From contig JANQES010000120.1 in the NCBI GenBank assembly GCA_028278205.1, forward strand, positions 27,643-91,642: a stretch of DNA of 64,000 nt, read 5' to 3'. The position numbers and the translations under genes are program-made. Below, one piece after another: positions 59,383 through 64,000 of the stretch (position 1 is the stretch's first letter; every line of letters starts with the position of its first letter). Source of the stretch: Rhodothermales bacterium. Lineage in GTDB: Bacteria > Bacteroidota > Rhodothermia > Rhodothermales > Bin80. Under the pieces are notes generated by a model. That model did not search any database. It was given only the letters and a program-made list of their open reading frames with translations, and had not been told where the DNA came from.

Positions 59383-59519
59383 CCTTCGGCCATTTTCCTA
59401 AAGGGTCTGTTCTGAAACAGTGTCATACATGCAGGAACGTTCCGATCAACTGATTATAAAATCAAAGGCTAAGAGGAGACGGTTGAATCAATGCAAATGA
59501 GCTAAACAGAGAGTGTGCC

Positions 59520-60035
59520 ATGGCAGAGGCAATCGAGCAGACAACGCAGGTAGGGCTGACCTGGGAAGAAGTATGCGCCGATCCGAATCTGGAGGATCTG
59601 CCGTACAAGATCGAAACGAATGCATGGGGGCAAATCGTCATGAGTCCGACGCGGCTGAAGCACGGGGCCTTTCAGTTTAAAATCGGCCAACTCCTTTCAC
59701 GGCTCCTTCAGGAACGCGGCACAATCATCACGGAGGCTGCTATCAAGACCAGTGAGGGCACGAAGGTGGCTGATGTAGCTTGGTTCTCATCAGATCGTTG
59801 GGAGCAGGTGAAAGATGAGTTTGACGCCTCAACGGCCCCGGAAATCTGCGTGGAGATTCTTTCGCCCCGAAACGCCAAAGGCGAGATCGAATTGAAAAAA
59901 TGTCTGTATTTCGAAGCCGGAGCCGAGGAAGTCTGGATCTGTGACGAAAAGGGCGCGCTGCATTTCTTTAATCCGGAAACCACGTTAAAGTCCTCAGCGT
60001 TGGTGCCCGACTTCCCGAAGCACATCGAAGTCTAA
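59520..60035 (+). CDS. Uma2 family endonuclease-fold protein
   Basis: GQIVMSP...HG, VADVAW, APEICVEILSP, YFEAGAEEVWI. Confidence 0.88.
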   Translation: MAEAIEQTTQVGLTWEEVCADPNLEDLPYKIETNAWGQIVMSPTRLKHGAFQFKIGQLLSRLLQERGTIITEAAIKTSEGTKVADVAWFSSDRWEQVKDEFDASTAPEICVEILSPRNAKGEIELKKCLYFEAGAEEVWICDEKGALHFFNPETTLKSSALVPDFPKHIEV

Positions 60036-60065
60036 AAGAACGCGCAGCTTGCTGCGCCCATTAAA

Positions 60066-62012
<1,947 letters not shown>

Positions 62013-62108
62013 GGTGGAAGTCATAGGTAAAAGGTGACCTGTGCTTCATGACGGCCCGCTCGCCATGGTGTATCATAGCATGGCGACGTATCATGGAGCG
62101 CGGTTATC

Positions 62109-64000
62109 ATGGGTCGATTACTGGGATTCTGGTTGTTTCTGGGGGCGATGCTGGCGGTGCCCGGCCGGGCGCAAGAACTGGTTAAAGATATCAATCAGGT
62201 CGATGGAGGCTCCACGCCGTGGAATCTGATCTACGTCGATGGGACGCTTTTCTTTGCCGCCGAAGACAGCTTGCACGGGCGTGAGCTTTGGAAAAGCGAC
62301 GGCACCGCCGAAGGCACGGTTCTGCTCAAAGATATGGTCCCCGGCAGCGCAGGCGGGTATCCGGCGTCGCTTACCAATGTCGAAGGCATCCTCTTTTTTG
62401 TGGGGGGCGAGGAATATGGCCGGCACGAGTTATGGCGCACCGATGGGACCGAGGCCGGCACGATACAACTCCTCGAATTTTCTTTAAAAAGCAGGATACA
62501 CACCCTCACGGTCTACAACGGCCTGCTCTTTTTTATATCGGAAGAAGACAACGGACTTGATCGCCGGTTGTGGAAAAGTGACGGCACGGTCGAGGGGACG
62601 ACGGCGATCAAGGCGTTTCGACCGGGTGGTTCTTCGGACTATCAACTCATTCTCTTTAACGACCTGCTCTATTTTCGATTGTATGAACACGATCTGGGCC
62701 ACCGGCTCTGGCGTAGCGACGGCACGCCTGGCGGCACCTTTCCCATCCCCGGTGCGATGCCGATCTACGTGTACGCCTCGGATGGAGAGAAACTTTATTT
62801 TCAGGGATATGACGATGAACACGGCCAGGAGTTGTGGACGACCGACGGCACCGCCGAGGGGATGCGGCTCGTCAAAGACATCTTCCCCGGCTCGTACTCG
62901 TCAGAGCCCTTCGAGTTAGCCTATCACGACGGCTTCGTGTATTTCACCGCGCACGACGAGGAAAAGGGCCGCGAACTCTGGCGCAGCGACGGCACCGCCG
63001 AGGGCACCGTGATGGTCAAAGATCTTAACCCCGGCCCGGATTCGTCGCATCCGTGGGATCTGGTCTCTTCCGGAGGCTACCTCTACTTTAGCGCGCACGT
63101 CGACGAACACGGGCGCGAACTCTGGCGCAGCGACGGTACCGCCGAGGGCACGTTCATGCTGGAAATCCGCCCCGGCGCAGACAGCGCGCGGCCTCAAGCA
63201 AAAAGAGACATCGACGGCATCCTGTATTTTGAGGCCGATGACGGCGTTTATGGCCGCGAACTCTGGCGCAGCAACGGCACCCCGGCAGGCACCGAACTCG
63301 TCGTCGATATCCATGAAGGCGTCGGCGATTCCAGACCGCGTTGGATCACCCCGGCGGACGGCAGGCTTTTCCTCAGCGCCGGCGATCAGCTACACGGCTA
63401 CGAACTCTGGACGAGCGACGGCACGCCCGACGGCACGCATCTGGTCAAAAATATTGTTCAGGGCGGCACGCTCTCGTCGTCTCCCCGGTACTTCGTCGAT
63501 TTCAACGGATCGCTTTTTTTTCAGGGCGACGACGGCATCCACGGACGCGCACTCTGGAAAAGCGACGGCACGCCCGAGGGCACCCGGCTCGTCAAAGACG
63601 TCGGCGAACGGAGCGTGCTGGATTTGATCGTGCTGGATGATGTGCTCTTCTTTCACTCACAGCGAGCCTTATGGCGTAGCGATGGCGAAGTAGAGGGCAC
63701 GGTTGCGGTGATAGACTTCGGCGACGACTCGCGGATCGCTGAACTGATCCCGTTTAACGGCGCCATCTTTTTCGTCGCCTACACCCCAATGTATGGCCTC
63801 GAATTGTGGAAAAGCGACGGCACGCCCGAAGGCACCCACCTTTTCAAAGATATCACGCCGGGGCCGGACAGCTCCTTCCCCAATTTTGACGGTTTCGCGG
63901 TGCTCAACGGCGTGCTCTACTTCGGCGCCAACGATGGCGTGCATGGGGTGGAACTCTGGCGCAGCGACGGCACCGTCGAGGGCACGGGGATGGTTAAGGA
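62109..64000 (+). CDS. Secreted ELWxxDGT-repeat protein (truncated by window end; not in ORF track)
   Basis: Manual translation MGRLLGFWLFLGAMLAVPGRAQELVKDIN...HGRELWKSDGTAEGT; many ELWRSDGT repeats; frame spot-checked near 62460 and 63660. Confidence 0.9.
   Translation, partial: MGRLLGFWLFLGAMLAVPGRAQELVKDINQVDGGSTPWNLIYVDGTLFFAAEDSLHGRELWKSDGTAEGTVLLKDMVPGSAGGYPASLTNVEGILFFVGGEEYGRHELWRTDGTEAGTIQLLEFSLKSRIHTLTVYNGLLFFISEEDNGLDRRLWKSDGTVEGTTAIKAFRPGGSSDYQLILFNDLLYFRLYEHDLGHRLWRSDGTPGGTFPIPGAMPIYVYASDGEKLYFQGYDDEHGQELWTTDGTAEGMRLVKDIFPGSYSSEPFELAYHDGFVYFTAHDEEKGRELWRSDGTAEGTVMVKDLNPGPDSSHPWDLVSSGGYLYFSAHVDEHGRELWRSDGTAEGTFMLEIRPGADSARPQAKRDIDGILYFEADDGVYGRELWRSNGTPAGTELVVDIHEGVGDSRPRWITPADGRLFLSAGDQLHGYELWTSDGTPDGTHLVKNIVQGGTLSSSPRYFVDFNGSLFFQGDDGIHGRALWKSDGTPEGTRLVKDVGERSVLDLIVLDDVLFFHSQRALWRSDGEVEGTVAVIDFGDDSRIAELIPFNGAIFFVAYTPMYGLELWKSDGTPEGTHLFKDITPGPDSSFPNFDGFAVLNGVLYFGANDGVHGVELWRSDGTVEGTGMVK

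Overview
High-GC bacterial chromosome segment that very probably contains the replication origin. Gene content (DUF4295 after rpmG, T9SS-type C-terminal domain, GWxTD protein, intein-bearing DnaB) suggests a Bacteroidota-related lineage, most likely Rhodothermota; this is an inference. Core genes: rpmB-rpmG, rplM-rpsI-rpsB-tsf-pyrH-frr, yicC-gmk-coaBC, dnaA-dnaN, yceD-rpmF-plsX-fabH-fabD-fabG, rpmH-rnpA-yidC-mnmE-mnmG and six tRNAs. Housekeeping genes switch strand at a DnaA-box cluster near 30 kb, and a perfect parS lies in mnmG. Notable features: (1) a compact Azoarcus-like group I intron in the anticodon loop of tRNA-Arg(UCU); (2) DnaB with two endonuclease-containing inteins; (3) a family-4 UDG lacking all four Fe-S cysteines; (4) a doubly disrupted rtcA; (5) an integrase-free islet with two excisionase-like HTH genes, an unannotated small membrane ORF and two peptidoglycan peptidases; (6) several families of short-tandem palindromic repeats at gene junctions, one interrupted by an intact IS with an 11-bp TSD; (7) three orphan receiver proteins in two blocks that share an upstream ATTAC-N5-GTAAT palindrome. 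All calls come from reading the sequence; no searches were run.
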